From: Longimicrobiales bacterium
GTDB taxonomy: Bacteria; Gemmatimonadota; Gemmatimonadetes; Longimicrobiales; Gaopeijiaceae
Assembly: GCA_965202985.1 (NCBI GenBank)
Contig: CBDBCF010000001.1
Span: 2,240,001 to 2,304,000 of the forward strand
Length of the DNA: 64,000 nt
Reading direction: 5' to 3'
The notes below the pieces were generated by a model that saw nothing but the letters and a program-made list of their open reading frames with translations, was not told the origin of the DNA and ran no database searches. Position numbers and translations under genes: made by a program. Numbering within the stretch: position 1 is the stretch's first letter; every line of letters starts with the position of its first letter. This document shows positions 27,079 to 38,405 of this stretch, piece by piece.

Positions 27079-30000
27079 CTGCGCCCGCCTCGGGACAGCG
27101 CCCGGAAGTACTCCTCCACCAGCTCGCGATAGGCCTCGGGCACGTCTCCCGACGAGTGTAGCAGCAGTTGTTCTTCGTCCTCGGCCGCGAAGTCGCGTCG
27201 CAGGCGGAACTCGACCTGCTTCATGCTCTCGACCAGGGCGCTCCGCAGGCGCTGCACCTCTTGGGGGTCGTCGTAGGTGCGGTCGCGGTCCAAGGCGCGC
27301 ATGGCGGCGATCATGGCCTCCAGATCGCTCGGGTCGCCCCCTGCTTGGGTCACCAGTTCCGCCAACGTCCGCAGCTCGGACGCCCGCTCCCGAGCCTCCC
27401 TGCGCATCCCGCGCACGCCGCCCCCGCCTCCCGGGGTTCCCGCGCCCGCTCCCGGTCGCCGCTCCATCGACTCCAAGCTCCGCACCAAGTCGCGGGCCGA
27501 CTCTAGGGCCTCCGCTTCGGGGTCGCCGGCGGCGGTTCCGCGGCGCACGGCTTCGGCCGCGTCCTCCAGGCGGTTCCGCAGCGACTGGATGTTTTGGGCC
27601 GTCTGGTTCTCGAACGCACGGGCGTACTCCTCCTGGCCCGGACGCCCTACCAAGCCGCGAGAGTACAGCAACCGCTCTCGTAGCTGCGTGTCCCGGATGG
27701 CGGCGGCGGCCTCTTCCAGCTCGGCGGCCCCCTCCCGACCGTCGCGCCGGGCGTCGGCGGCGGCCCGGTTCAGCAGGTCCAGGATCTCGCCCGCCTCTTC
27801 GGCCATCGACTCCTTGGCGTCGAAGATGCGTCCCATCTGGTCCTGCGACGGACGGCCCACGCGCTCCATCGCCCGCACTCGGTTCTGCACCTCTTCCTGC
27901 CGCTGGGCCAGCCCGTCCGCCCGGCTCTGCGCCTCGGCCACGTCGCGCTCCAGCCGCGCGTCCTGCGCCCCCTCCAGCCGCTCCCGCGCCTGCCTAAGCC
28001 GCCGGAGCGCCGACTGCGCCTCCACGACTCCCTGGCTGCCCCTGCCGGCCGCCGCCCGGCGCATGGCGTCCGCGGCCTGCTGGAGCTCGCGCGACACCTC
28101 CTCCAGGCTCCGGTCTCCGGTCTCGCGGGACAGCCGCTCCAACTGCCTGGCGGCCTCTTCCGCGTCCTCCGCCAACTCCCGCGCGGCCTGGCCCCCGCCG
28201 CCCGCCGACCCGCCCTGCTGGACCGCGGCCCGCCGCCTTTGCCGCTCCAGCTCCTGTTCCTGTCGCCGCGCCAGCTCGCGCAACTTCTCCAGCGACTCGT
28301 CCACGCCCTGGTCGGCGGTCTGCTGCCGGCTGCGCTGCACGGTCTCGTACTGGTTGCGGAGCTTGTCGGTCTCCAGCTCGAAGAGATCGGCCAAGTCCTC
28401 GGCGGTGGGGCCGCCGCCCCCCTGACCGCCGCCGCCCTGCGAGGGCTCCGTCGTCACGAAGCGCTCGTAGGTCTCCTCGGCCTTTTGGAGCTCGCGCAGC
28501 GCCCGCTGCTCCGCCGGCACCGCACCGCCCGGACTCCCGGCGCGCAGCGAGTCCTCCGCCTCGCGCATGGCTTCGGCCGCCCTGGGCAGCGTTTCGGCGA
28601 TGCGGCGGAAGGCTTCGTCCGCGCCCGCAATGCCCCGGTTGCCGATCCGCTCGACCAGCGTCTCCACCTGTTCCCGCAGCCGCTGCTGGCCCAGCGCCAC
28701 GCTCACCACGTTCTCTTCCCAAGCGTCCGGGTCGTATCGGTCCCTGTCCCGCACCAAGTTGAAGCTCGCCGCGATGATCTGCCGCTGCATCGCCGACAGG
28801 TCCTGCTCCATCTCTCCTGCGCCCCCGCCGCCGCGCCCGCCGCCGCGCCCCTCGGCCTCGCGGAAGTCTCGGCGGAAGGGCCGGACTTGCAAGAAGTAGA
28901 TGTCGGTCATGGCTTGGTTGGGGACGGGCGCGTTGTCCCGCGCCACGGCGTGATAGGCGATCAAGTCGCCCGTCTCCAGCCCGAACTCCTCCATGAACAC
29001 GGTGTGGCCAGCGGCGACTTGAGCCAGCGGCCGTCGCCCGGCTTGGGCAGCGGACTGCTCGGAACCGTCGCCGAAGATGCGCACCGTGTCCGGCGCGCCG
29101 CCGTTGACGGAGTACACCCACAGCACTTCGGACACGCCGATGTCGTCCTCGGCCCGAGCCTCGACGAAGACCTCTTCGATGGCGCTGACTTGGGCGTCGC
29201 GACCGGGCTTGGCGAACGACACCGTCGGTCCTTGGTCCGCCAGCACGTCGATCCGGTAGTCGGGGGCGCCGGCGACCCAGGTCCCGTCCGCCGTTTGGAG
29301 CCGGATGCCGTAGAAGCCGTCTCGGCCCACGGTGAACGTCCCCTGGAAGGCGCTGCCGGGCGGGGCGCTCGCGTCTGCGGGGCCGGGCGCATCTGCCGAG
29401 ACCGGCGGGGCCGGCGAACCCGGCGCGGCTTCCGAGACGGATCGCATGGCCAGCGTGTCGCCGGTGTCAATGACAAGGAGCGCGCCCGGCGACGGCAGCG
29501 TGGTGCGGACGGACAGCTCGACGCGGGTGCCGGCCAAGGCGGCCACGTCTCCGCCGACCTCGAATCGGCGGGGCGCGAGTCCGGTGTACGCGGGGAAGTG
29601 GTACTCCATGGCCAGACCGTCCACCGCGGGCAGGTCGGCAACGCCCACGGCGAAGGTGGCCGACCGAACGCCGCTCGACTCCACGTAGTAGCGGGTGGAC
29701 CGCGCCACGTTCAGCAGCAGGCCGTCGAAGGTCCCGGCGCCGTCGGCGATCATGGGCATGGCAGCAAATGCGTTTTCGCCCTCTTCCATGGTGTAGAGGA
29801 CCACGTCGGTGGAGCCGAAGCCGTGAAGGACCGCCGAAATGCGCAAGTCCGAGTTGCGCGCGATCGTGGTGTCGCCCGGCGCGACCGAAACGCGGTACGG
29901 GTTCACCGCCTCCGCGGGCCGGCCCGGCAGGAAGAGCGCCGTGGCGCCGTGTCGAACAAAGCCGGGCCCCAGTCCGGCCAGCGCCGCCGATACCAGGGCG

Positions 30001-30536
30001 ACCCCGCCCAGCGCCCCCGAAGCCCGGCGGATCGACGACCGCTCGATCTTCTTGCCGTAGTCGATTCGGCGGCAGCCGTCGGCGGCGCGCTCGACCAACG
30101 CCGCCTGGATTTCAACCGGCCCTGTGCCGCCTGGCCCGCGACCGCCCGAGGCCCCCGGCGCGCGCTTCCCGACCGCTTCCACCGCCGCCAGGACGCGCGA
30201 CCGGAGGGCCGGCTCGTGCTCTTCCAAGTACAGGGCGACGCGCTCGTCGGAGACGCGACGAAGCAGCGGCCAAGCGACGAAGCGGACCAGAAGGAATCCG
30301 GTCGTCAGCCACAGCAGGGCTCGGAACGCCGTGACCGCTTGCGTGTCGAAGCGGAGCGCCTCCAGGCCCGAAGCCGACGCCACGAACGCCAGGAGCACGC
30401 CCGCTCCGGCGATCGCCAAACCCCGAAGCAGCAGCTTGATCCGCCAGCGACGGCGCACCAGGCGGACGGCCCGAAGAACGTTGGCGGAGGCGCGTGCCTC
30501 GCGGGCGAAGGCGGTACCGGCGGGGGACGGGTTCAT
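27075..30536 (-). CDS. Large membrane-anchored coiled-coil protein (DUF4175-like)
   Basis: ATG 30536, N-terminal TMs, Ig-like region (YHFPAYTGL, ARAEDDIGV), Q/E/R-rich coiled coils, terminal VPEAYRELVEEYFRALS. Confidence 0.8.
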   Translation of the reverse strand: MNPSPAGTAFAREARASANVLRAVRLVRRRWRIKLLLRGLAIAGAGVLLAFVASASGLEALRFDTQAVTAFRALLWLTTGFLLVRFVAWPLLRRVSDERVALYLEEHEPALRSRVLAAVEAVGKRAPGASGGRGPGGTGPVEIQAALVERAADGCRRIDYGKKIERSSIRRASGALGGVALVSAALAGLGPGFVRHGATALFLPGRPAEAVNPYRVSVAPGDTTIARNSDLRISAVLHGFGSTDVVLYTMEEGENAFAAMPMIADGAGTFDGLLLNVARSTRYYVESSGVRSATFAVGVADLPAVDGLAMEYHFPAYTGLAPRRFEVGGDVAALAGTRVELSVRTTLPSPGALLVIDTGDTLAMRSVSEAAPGSPAPPVSADAPGPADASAPPGSAFQGTFTVGRDGFYGIRLQTADGTWVAGAPDYRIDVLADQGPTVSFAKPGRDAQVSAIEEVFVEARAEDDIGVSEVLWVYSVNGGAPDTVRIFGDGSEQSAAQAGRRPLAQVAAGHTVFMEEFGLETGDLIAYHAVARDNAPVPNQAMTDIYFLQVRPFRRDFREAEGRGGGRGGGGAGEMEQDLSAMQRQIIAASFNLVRDRDRYDPDAWEENVVSVALGQQRLREQVETLVERIGNRGIAGADEAFRRIAETLPRAAEAMREAEDSLRAGSPGGAVPAEQRALRELQKAEETYERFVTTEPSQGGGGQGGGGPTAEDLADLFELETDKLRNQYETVQRSRQQTADQGVDESLEKLRELARRQEQELERQRRRAAVQQGGSAGGGGQAARELAEDAEEAARQLERLSRETGDRSLEEVSRELQQAADAMRRAAAGRGSQGVVEAQSALRRLRQARERLEGAQDARLERDVAEAQSRADGLAQRQEEVQNRVRAMERVGRPSQDQMGRIFDAKESMAEEAGEILDLLNRAAADARRDGREGAAELEEAAAAIRDTQLRERLLYSRGLVGRPGQEEYARAFENQTAQNIQSLRNRLEDAAEAVRRGTAAGDPEAEALESARDLVRSLESMERRPGAGAGTPGGGGGVRGMRREARERASELRTLAELVTQAGGDPSDLEAMIAAMRALDRDRTYDDPQEVQRLRSALVESMKQVEFRLRRDFAAEDEEQLLLHSSGDVPEAYRELVEEYFRALSRGGRR

Positions 30537-30541
30537 CGGCG

Positions 30542-32779
30542 TCAACGATACCGGGGCCGCACCGGCTCGGCAACGGACGGACTTCGCGACAATCGATTGC
30601 CCAGCAGCGATTCCAGTACGAGCAGGACGAAGGCGGCGACGGCCAAGTATCGCCAGAAGGACTGGCGCGCCTCGAAGGCTTCGCCGGCGACGGCTTCGGG
30701 GCCGCTGTCGGTCTCGCCGTCGGCGGAGGTCGGCGGGGTCGAGGCGTCGTTGCCGGGCGTCCCGCCCACGGCGGCCGCAAACTCCGCCAAGTCCAACGGT
30801 TGCAGGTCCGACTCCGCCAAGTCCACGTTGGCGGCCAGCGCGAAGGGGCGGTCGGGGCGCTCGCCGGGGGGGCGGACTTCCCAGATGCCGCGGGCGGACA
30901 GGGTGAGCAGGGGCGCGTCGGGGTCCAGGGCGACGGCGCCGCCGTGAGGGTCCATGGCCACGGCGTCCAGGGAGACCGGCGGTGCGTCGGCGCTCGCGGG
31001 CAGGTCCGCCGCCTCTGCCAGCTGGGCCAGGTTCACGGTGGCGCCGGCGCGGTGCCAGGCCGGAAGCTCGCCTTGGCCTCCCAGGTGCTGGGCAAGTCTG
31101 TGGACGAACGGCAGGTACACCGAATGCAGGGGCAGATCGTTCCACAGGCGGTCCATGCCCGTGGCCCAGATCAGGACGAGGCCCTTGTCGCGCAGGCCTT
31201 CCACCAGCGCTGGGGCGCCGTCGTCGAAGCGCGCCAGCACGCGGCCGTCCGTGGGTGCCAAGCTGCGGGCGCGGAAGAAGGCGGCTCGCGAGAAGTCTCC
31301 CGAGCGCGCGCCGTGGAACGCCTCGAACACGGGGTGGTCGTAGTCTACGAACCCCAGGCGGCGAGGCTGGCCCGGCAAGCCCGAGGTCGGGCCGACGGCG
31401 GCGGGCAGGAAGTCGGCGTGCGCCGCCGCCGTCCGGCTTCGCTCGCCCAGGACGATTAGCAGGCCGCCGCCGTCCTCCACGAACGTCCGCAGACGGTCGC
31501 CGGCGCCGCCGCCCGGGAACCCGCCGCCGTTCAGGATCACCAGGTCCGTTCCTTCCAGGTCGGCGGCGCCGGGCGCGCCGCGGATCACCCGAACGTCGAA
31601 CCCAACCCCTTCCGCGATCCCCAAGGCCTGTCGCAGGTGCACGTTGGATTCGCCGCTTCCCAGAGGGTCCGCCACCACGACGCGGACGCCTCCGCCGGGC
31701 GAGGCCACGAAGTACACGACGTTGTCGGACTGCAAGGCGGCATCGGCAACGCGCACTTCGCCCCGCGTGAAGGGACGGGTCAAGGTGAACGGGCGGAACG
31801 CGACCGGCGCCGAGCCGGCGGGCGGAACGACGACGGTCGCGCGCTCCACCTCCGAATCGTCCACCCACAAGGCGACTTCGGCGGAGATGCCCGACGAGGA
31901 GGCGGGGGCCGGCGAAGGGGTGGAAGCGACCGATGCGGCGGAGGTGGCCGAGGATGCGGAGGCGGCCGATGCGGCTATTGTCGCGCCCGTGGCCAGTGTC
32001 GCGCCCGTGGCCACCAAGCGCGCCCGTACGGACATGCGCTCCCTGCCGTTGGCGGTCTCGCGCCGCAGTTCCAGCCCGGCCAGGGCCAAGTTGTCGGCAC
32101 CCGCGCTGGGGTCCGAGCGGGCGGCGTTCAGCGTTTCCACGCGCGTCCCTTCCGGGAAGACCGCCTCCGAGTCCCGCCGCCATCCGGCCCGCTGGAAGTC
32201 GCTCACGATCACGGCGCGCCGTCGAGGCAGCGGCGACGCCTCCAGCACCGAAGCCGCCAGACGCACGGCCGGGGCGAGTCGCGTTCCCAGAGACGTCGTC
32301 CGCAGAGTGTCCAGGACCGCCGCCGCCCGTCCGGGTTCGGTGGCCGAGCGAAGCACCAGCCGGGGGACCTCGGAGAACGCCACGATCGACACGCGGTCGC
32401 CCGGCCCCAGCCCCGACACGACCGATCGGGCCATGGACACGCCCTCTTGCCACCGGCCCCCCAGCTCCATGGAGTACGACTGGTCCACGAGCACGACCAC
32501 CTCTTCGGGACCGGCCCCGCCGACTTGCGCCAGTCGGCCGTCGCGCACGAACGGACGCGCAAACGCCGCCACGAGCAGCCCCAGCGCCGCCAAGCGCAGC
32601 AGCAGCAGCCAGGGGTTGCGAAGCCGCCGTCTGGACGTCTCCTCGAACGGTATCCGCTTCAAGAACATGAGCGACGGAAACGCCAGCGGCTTGCCTTGCT
32701 CGTGCCGCGTCAGGTGCACAAGCACGGGAACGGCCAATGCCGCCAAGCCGGCCAAGAAGAGCGGCGTCAGGAAGCTCAT
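30542..32779 (-). CDS. BatA N-terminal / VWA-domain membrane protein
   Basis: MSFLTPLFLAGLAALAVPVLVHL, FPSLMFL, LLLLRL, MIDAS DQSYSM, SDFQ, ANVDLAESDL, C-terminal TM. Confidence 0.88.
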   Translation of the reverse strand: MSFLTPLFLAGLAALAVPVLVHLTRHEQGKPLAFPSLMFLKRIPFEETSRRRLRNPWLLLLRLAALGLLVAAFARPFVRDGRLAQVGGAGPEEVVVLVDQSYSMELGGRWQEGVSMARSVVSGLGPGDRVSIVAFSEVPRLVLRSATEPGRAAAVLDTLRTTSLGTRLAPAVRLAASVLEASPLPRRRAVIVSDFQRAGWRRDSEAVFPEGTRVETLNAARSDPSAGADNLALAGLELRRETANGRERMSVRARLVATGATLATGATIAASAASASSATSAASVASTPSPAPASSSGISAEVALWVDDSEVERATVVVPPAGSAPVAFRPFTLTRPFTRGEVRVADAALQSDNVVYFVASPGGGVRVVVADPLGSGESNVHLRQALGIAEGVGFDVRVIRGAPGAADLEGTDLVILNGGGFPGGGAGDRLRTFVEDGGGLLIVLGERSRTAAAHADFLPAAVGPTSGLPGQPRRLGFVDYDHPVFEAFHGARSGDFSRAAFFRARSLAPTDGRVLARFDDGAPALVEGLRDKGLVLIWATGMDRLWNDLPLHSVYLPFVHRLAQHLGGQGELPAWHRAGATVNLAQLAEAADLPASADAPPVSLDAVAMDPHGGAVALDPDAPLLTLSARGIWEVRPPGERPDRPFALAANVDLAESDLQPLDLAEFAAAVGGTPGNDASTPPTSADGETDSGPEAVAGEAFEARQSFWRYLAVAAFVLLVLESLLGNRLSRSPSVAEPVRPRYR

Positions 32780-33672
32780 CGGACCCGCGTCGCCTTCTGC
32801 CGGAAGACAAGGTACGCGTACAGCGCGCGGTCCAACGGTTCCGCCGTGTTCAACAGCACATGGTCCACCCCGTGCCGGCCGAAGTACTCGCGCAACGCGG
32901 CCACGTGCCGGCCGATCCGCTCTCGGTACGCTCCGGCCAGCTTTTCGGGGGACACGGGCAACACCTGTCCCGTCTCCAAGTCGCGAAAGTTGGCCGCGTC
33001 GGAGAAGGGAAAGTCGATCTCGGCGGGGTCCAGAACCTGGAACGCCACCACGTCGTGCCCCTGCGCCCGAAAGAACCCCAGCGCCTCCGCCAGCGCTTCG
33101 GGCTCGTCGTAGAAGTCGGACGCGACCGCCAAGATCCCGCGCCGCCGAAAGGTGGCCGCGACCTGGGCCAACGGCCGCCCCCAGTCGCTCGCCCGCCCCG
33201 GCTGAACGCGCGCCGTCGCATGAAGCACCTTGTCCAAGTGGGCCGCCGACGGCCGGACGTGCTCCACCACGTCGCTGTCGAATGCGTACAGTCCCACGCG
33301 GTCCTTCTGCCCCGCCGAAAACCAGGCCAGGCAAGCGGTCAAGTAGCGCGCGTAGTCGAGCTTGGCGATCCCGTCGCCCGAGTGGTAGCCCATCGACGCC
33401 GACACGTCCAGCAAGAAGGCCAGGTCGGCGTTGGTCTCGGCCTCGAACTGCTTGACGTGAAAGCGGTCGGTCCGAGCGTACAACCGCCAGTCTATGCGCC
33501 GGATGTCGTCGCCCGGCATGTAAGGCCGGTGCTCGGCGAAGTCCATGCTGGCGCCCAAGTACGGGGAGCGGTGGATGCCTTGCAGAAAGCCGTCCACCAC
33601 GGTTCGCGCCAGCAGCTCCAAGTTGTCGATGCGCGCCAACACCGCCGGGTCCAAGAACGAGGTCCGGGACAC
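32776..33672 (-). CDS. DUF58 (VWA-like) MoxR partner protein
   Basis: GTG start with GGAGG RBS, GIHRSPYLGASMDFAEHRPYMPGDDIRRIDWR, LDVSASM, SDF. Confidence 0.92.
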   Translation of the reverse strand: MSRTSFLDPAVLARIDNLELLARTVVDGFLQGIHRSPYLGASMDFAEHRPYMPGDDIRRIDWRLYARTDRFHVKQFEAETNADLAFLLDVSASMGYHSGDGIAKLDYARYLTACLAWFSAGQKDRVGLYAFDSDVVEHVRPSAAHLDKVLHATARVQPGRASDWGRPLAQVAATFRRRGILAVASDFYDEPEALAEALGFFRAQGHDVVAFQVLDPAEIDFPFSDAANFRDLETGQVLPVSPEKLAGAYRERIGRHVAALREYFGRHGVDHVLLNTAEPLDRALYAYLVFRQKATRVR

Positions 33673-33683
33673 GTCCGCGCCTC

Positions 33684-34847
<1,164 letters not shown>

Positions 34848-34848
34848 G

Positions 34849-35733
34849 TTACCGAGTGAGGGCGTAGATCACGTAGTTGACGCCGACCTTGTACGCCTCG
34901 TTGGACAGGTCGATCGGAAAGTACCCCAGGTCCGAGTACTCCCAGTAGTCGCCGATGTCGTTGTTGAAGTTGGCGATCACCATGAGGCGTCGGGTCGGGT
35001 CGTCGTCTTCGTGAATGCCGAGGAAGTAGGGCTTGTACTGGCGAAATGTGGGTGGAGAGAAGTCCAGGGACTCGATCTCGAAGAAGGCGTCGAAGACGGG
35101 CTCGTCCAGGGTCAGCTGCCGAAAGCGGTGCCGGGGCAGAACAGCCGCGAAGATCGCCTCCACGTTGCGCCATTCGCGACTGCCCCGGAAGTCGTCCAGG
35201 ATCAGAAATCCGCCCTTGCGCAGGTATGCCGACATGTTGTCGATCTCGGCCTGCGTCGGTGCCCACTGGCCCGGCTCCGCCACGTACGCCACGGGATGGC
35301 GGTGCAGCTCCGGGCTGTTCGCGTCGACGATGTTGGTGCCGTCGGTGTGGGGCGACACCAGGGTCACTTCGTCCAGGATCTTTGTGAAGTTGTTGTCGGC
35401 GAACGGGAAGTCGTGCGCCCACGGGGGGCCGCCGCCCCTGCCGAAGCCGCGTCCGAGGCCGCCCCTGCCGAAGCCGCCGGTGGAAAAGCGAACCCGGACG
35501 AAGGTGTAGGCTCCGTCGTAGGGCACGTTCCGGAAGTCTTGGAAGGCCGGCGCAACCGAGCCGGGGGCGTGCCGGTCGGCAGCGGGGGCCACGCGAGCTG
35601 CGACCGCGGCCAAGACCATGCCTATGGTTGCAGTCCCGCCCAAGATGCCTGCGCCGGCACAGGCCAGCGACGCGCGAGCCCCGCGGCCGCGCAACCTCCC
35701 GGATCGTCGGCGCGACGCCGATCCCGCGCTCAC
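34849..35733 (-). CDS. DUF4159-domain protein
   Basis: GTGA-coupled start, WAHDFPFAD, YLRKGGFLILDDF, NNDIGDYWE, GVNYVIYALT. Confidence 0.88.
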   Translation of the reverse strand: MSAGSASRRRSGRLRGRGARASLACAGAGILGGTATIGMVLAAVAARVAPAADRHAPGSVAPAFQDFRNVPYDGAYTFVRVRFSTGGFGRGGLGRGFGRGGGPPWAHDFPFADNNFTKILDEVTLVSPHTDGTNIVDANSPELHRHPVAYVAEPGQWAPTQAEIDNMSAYLRKGGFLILDDFRGSREWRNVEAIFAAVLPRHRFRQLTLDEPVFDAFFEIESLDFSPPTFRQYKPYFLGIHEDDDPTRRLMVIANFNNDIGDYWEYSDLGYFPIDLSNEAYKVGVNYVIYALTR

Positions 35734-38405
35734 CGGCGGCCCTCGCTGCGAATCTCCAAGAGCAAGTCCAGGGCGTCCTCGTAGTTGGGTGCGATCTCGA
35801 GTGCGGCCAGCACGGCGCGCCGGGCGCCCGCCCGGTCTCCGCCGCGGTGGAGCACGTTTGCCAGGTGGTAGTTTGCCGCGGCCCGGTCCGCCGGGTCCAA
35901 CGCCAGGACGGCGCGTCGCTCGGCGGCGGCCCCCTCCCAGTCCCCCAGCGATTCCAGCAGCTCCGACAAGCGTCGGTGGTCCGCGACCTCGTAAGGATGG
36001 ACGTAGATCACGCCCCGAAGGGTTTCCGCGGCCCCGGCCGTGTCGCCCGCGGCCTCCAGCAATCGGACCAGGGCAACCCGTGCGTCGTAGTGGCTCTCGT
36101 TCAGCCGAAGGAGCGCGCCGTAGTGGGCGGCGGCGTCGTCGAGGCGGCCTTCGGCTTCCCGGATGCGCCCCAAGTACCAGTGGGCGCCGTCGGGACTGCC
36201 GTAGTCGGGGAACAGTCGGAGCGCGGCCTCGAAGTGGGCGGCAGCGTCGCCGTGCTGGTCGGCTTTGAAGAGCGCCCGACCCAAGGCCATGCGCGGCTGA
36301 AACCGGTCGGGGTTCATTGCCACCGCCCTTCGAGCCTGGGCAAGGTCGCGCGGCGGCGGGCCCTCCGGCTCCGCGCCCACGGATGCCGCCGCCGTGACGA
36401 ACCGTTGCCGCAGGAAGGCGTCGAACTCCCGCTCGAACTCTTGGAGCGGGACGCCCAGCGCCTCGGCGAACGCTGCCCGGTCGTCGGCGCCGTCTCGGTA
36501 GGCCGCCAGCATCTTCAGAACCGGGTCGAAGCCGTGCCGCTCCTCGATGAACTCGAAGACGAGCGACGCCTGGTAGTAGCTGTCCGAGACTTCGTCGGGG
36601 CGGCGAGGGTTGGAGAAGCCTCGGTCCAGCCGGCTCACCGGTCGCAGCTCGCCGGCCGCGAGCGCGCGGACGAAGCTCACTCCCGGATTGCGCCCCCAAG
36701 CCGGATCGCCCCAGCGCTGCTCCTGGACGGCCAGACCCTCCGAGAACCAGCGCGGCACGTTGTTGGCCGAGGCGTGCATGTGAAACGAATGGGCGATCTC
36801 GTGCCGCAGCGTGGAGGCCCAGTTGAACGCGCCCCGCTCCCGTGCAGCAGGCGAGTCCATCGCCAAAGCGGGGCCGAAGCTGACCCCGAGGGCCCCGATC
36901 CCGGTCAAGCCCACGGTGCGCACCGAGAAGTCGGCGTGGCGCGGGTAGACTTCGACTCGAATGGGGTCCGGAGGCGCAGTGCCGTACCGCTGGGCCATGT
37001 CGCCGTAGGCTCGCTCCGCGACCGCCTCCAGGTACGGCGCCAGCAGATCGGCCTCGGACTCGTGCAGGACCAAGCGAAAGTGCTCGGTCACCACGGTGCG
37101 GTACTCGGCGAAGGTGTCCAGCAGGTCGAGCGTGTTCTTGAACCACAGGTTGAAGGGGTCGCCGGCGAAGGCCCGCTCCAACAGCACGCGGCCTTCGTCC
37201 ACCCGCCCCAGGCGGACCAAGTTGAGTCCGGCCAAGCCCCAGCCCGTCCAACTGTTCGTGTCCGCGGCGGAGGCCGCGCGAGCAAACCGCAGGGCGTCCT
37301 CGTACTTGCGGTGGTCGCTCGCCAGCTCCGACATGACCACGAACGACTCGGTCGGCGACGGCGACAGCCGTTCGATGCGCTCAATGGCGGCGGCGAAGCC
37401 GGCGGAGTCTCCAGCCAAGTGGCGGATGGCGGCCAGGGTGCCGAGCGCGGCCAAGTCGGCGGGGTCGGTCGCCAGGGCGTGCTCGACTTCCCGAAGGGCA
37501 CCCGCGCGGTCGCTGTTAAGGAGAAGGATGCGCGCTAGCAGCGTGCGTGCCCCCGCGTGGTTCGGATTCGTGGCCAGGGCTGAGTCGAGCGAGGCCGTCG
37601 GATCGCCGCTCCCCTCCAGCCGAGCGACCCGGGCCAGCCCGTAATGGGCGTCCGAATGCGACGGATTTCGCGCCAGCACTGCTCGAAACTCCGCCGCCGC
37701 CCCCGCCGCGTCGTAGCGCTCGAGGAACAAGTTGCCGACGGCGATGCGGGCAGCGTGCGGAGCAAAGCCGGCGGTGGACTGATCGATTCGGCCGGCTTGC
37801 AGGGCCTCGTCCAGCGCCAGCAGAGCGTCGTGGGCGTACTCGTAGTCCCAGCGGGACAAGCCAGCCAGCGCCCGCCCCATGGCGACGAACTCCGACGCCG
37901 ACAGCCGGGCGCCTCCGGCAATCGCACCGTCGTAGCGGCCGACTTCGTCCTCGAAGAGCCGGCGGGCGTCGGCCCGGTTGCCGTACCGGTACTCCAAAAC
38001 GCCGAGTTCGACGCGGGCCAGGGCGCCCGCCGTGCCCGGGTGCTCCGCGCCGGCCAACAGGACCCCGCGGGCTTCGTCGACGCGCCCTTTCATGAGGAGC
38101 GCCGAACCCAGCCAGGCCGGGGCGCTCGGGAGGGATCGGCCCAGCGCACTGCTAGCCGCCGCGACCGCCTCGTCGTAGTCGCCAGTCTCGAGCAGGGCGG
38201 CAATCCAGCCTGCCAGGGCGTGCTCGTCGCCGTCCTGAGCAAGAGGCCGCAGCTGCCGGACGGCTTGGTCGTATCGTCCAGCGGCCAACGCCTCGAAGCC
38301 CGGCAAGGCCGACGGCTGCGTCGCGCTGGCCGGAGCCCAGCCGCAGGCCCATCCAACCGCGACGGTTGCGACAACGACAGCCCGGTTCAGCCTGCTTCGG
38401 TTCAC
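35730..38405 (-). CDS. TPR-repeat protein with MA-clan zinc metallopeptidase domain
   Basis: GTG 38405, signal peptide, multiple TPRs, HEIAH followed by PRWFSEGLA. Confidence 0.85.
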   Translation of the reverse strand: MNRSRLNRAVVVATVAVGWACGWAPASATQPSALPGFEALAAGRYDQAVRQLRPLAQDGDEHALAGWIAALLETGDYDEAVAAASSALGRSLPSAPAWLGSALLMKGRVDEARGVLLAGAEHPGTAGALARVELGVLEYRYGNRADARRLFEDEVGRYDGAIAGGARLSASEFVAMGRALAGLSRWDYEYAHDALLALDEALQAGRIDQSTAGFAPHAARIAVGNLFLERYDAAGAAAEFRAVLARNPSHSDAHYGLARVARLEGSGDPTASLDSALATNPNHAGARTLLARILLLNSDRAGALREVEHALATDPADLAALGTLAAIRHLAGDSAGFAAAIERIERLSPSPTESFVVMSELASDHRKYEDALRFARAASAADTNSWTGWGLAGLNLVRLGRVDEGRVLLERAFAGDPFNLWFKNTLDLLDTFAEYRTVVTEHFRLVLHESEADLLAPYLEAVAERAYGDMAQRYGTAPPDPIRVEVYPRHADFSVRTVGLTGIGALGVSFGPALAMDSPAARERGAFNWASTLRHEIAHSFHMHASANNVPRWFSEGLAVQEQRWGDPAWGRNPGVSFVRALAAGELRPVSRLDRGFSNPRRPDEVSDSYYQASLVFEFIEERHGFDPVLKMLAAYRDGADDRAAFAEALGVPLQEFEREFDAFLRQRFVTAAASVGAEPEGPPPRDLAQARRAVAMNPDRFQPRMALGRALFKADQHGDAAAHFEAALRLFPDYGSPDGAHWYLGRIREAEGRLDDAAAHYGALLRLNESHYDARVALVRLLEAAGDTAGAAETLRGVIYVHPYEVADHRRLSELLESLGDWEGAAAERRAVLALDPADRAAANYHLANVLHRGGDRAGARRAVLAALEIAPNYEDALDLLLEIRSEGRR

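Noticed and set aside
30537..32810. N-terminal extensions of ORFs 27075-32810, 35730-40481, 39302-42643 and 1978-4734
   Set aside because: They overlap real genes in other frames and are low-complexity. Downstream starts with coupling or RBS explain the true genes.
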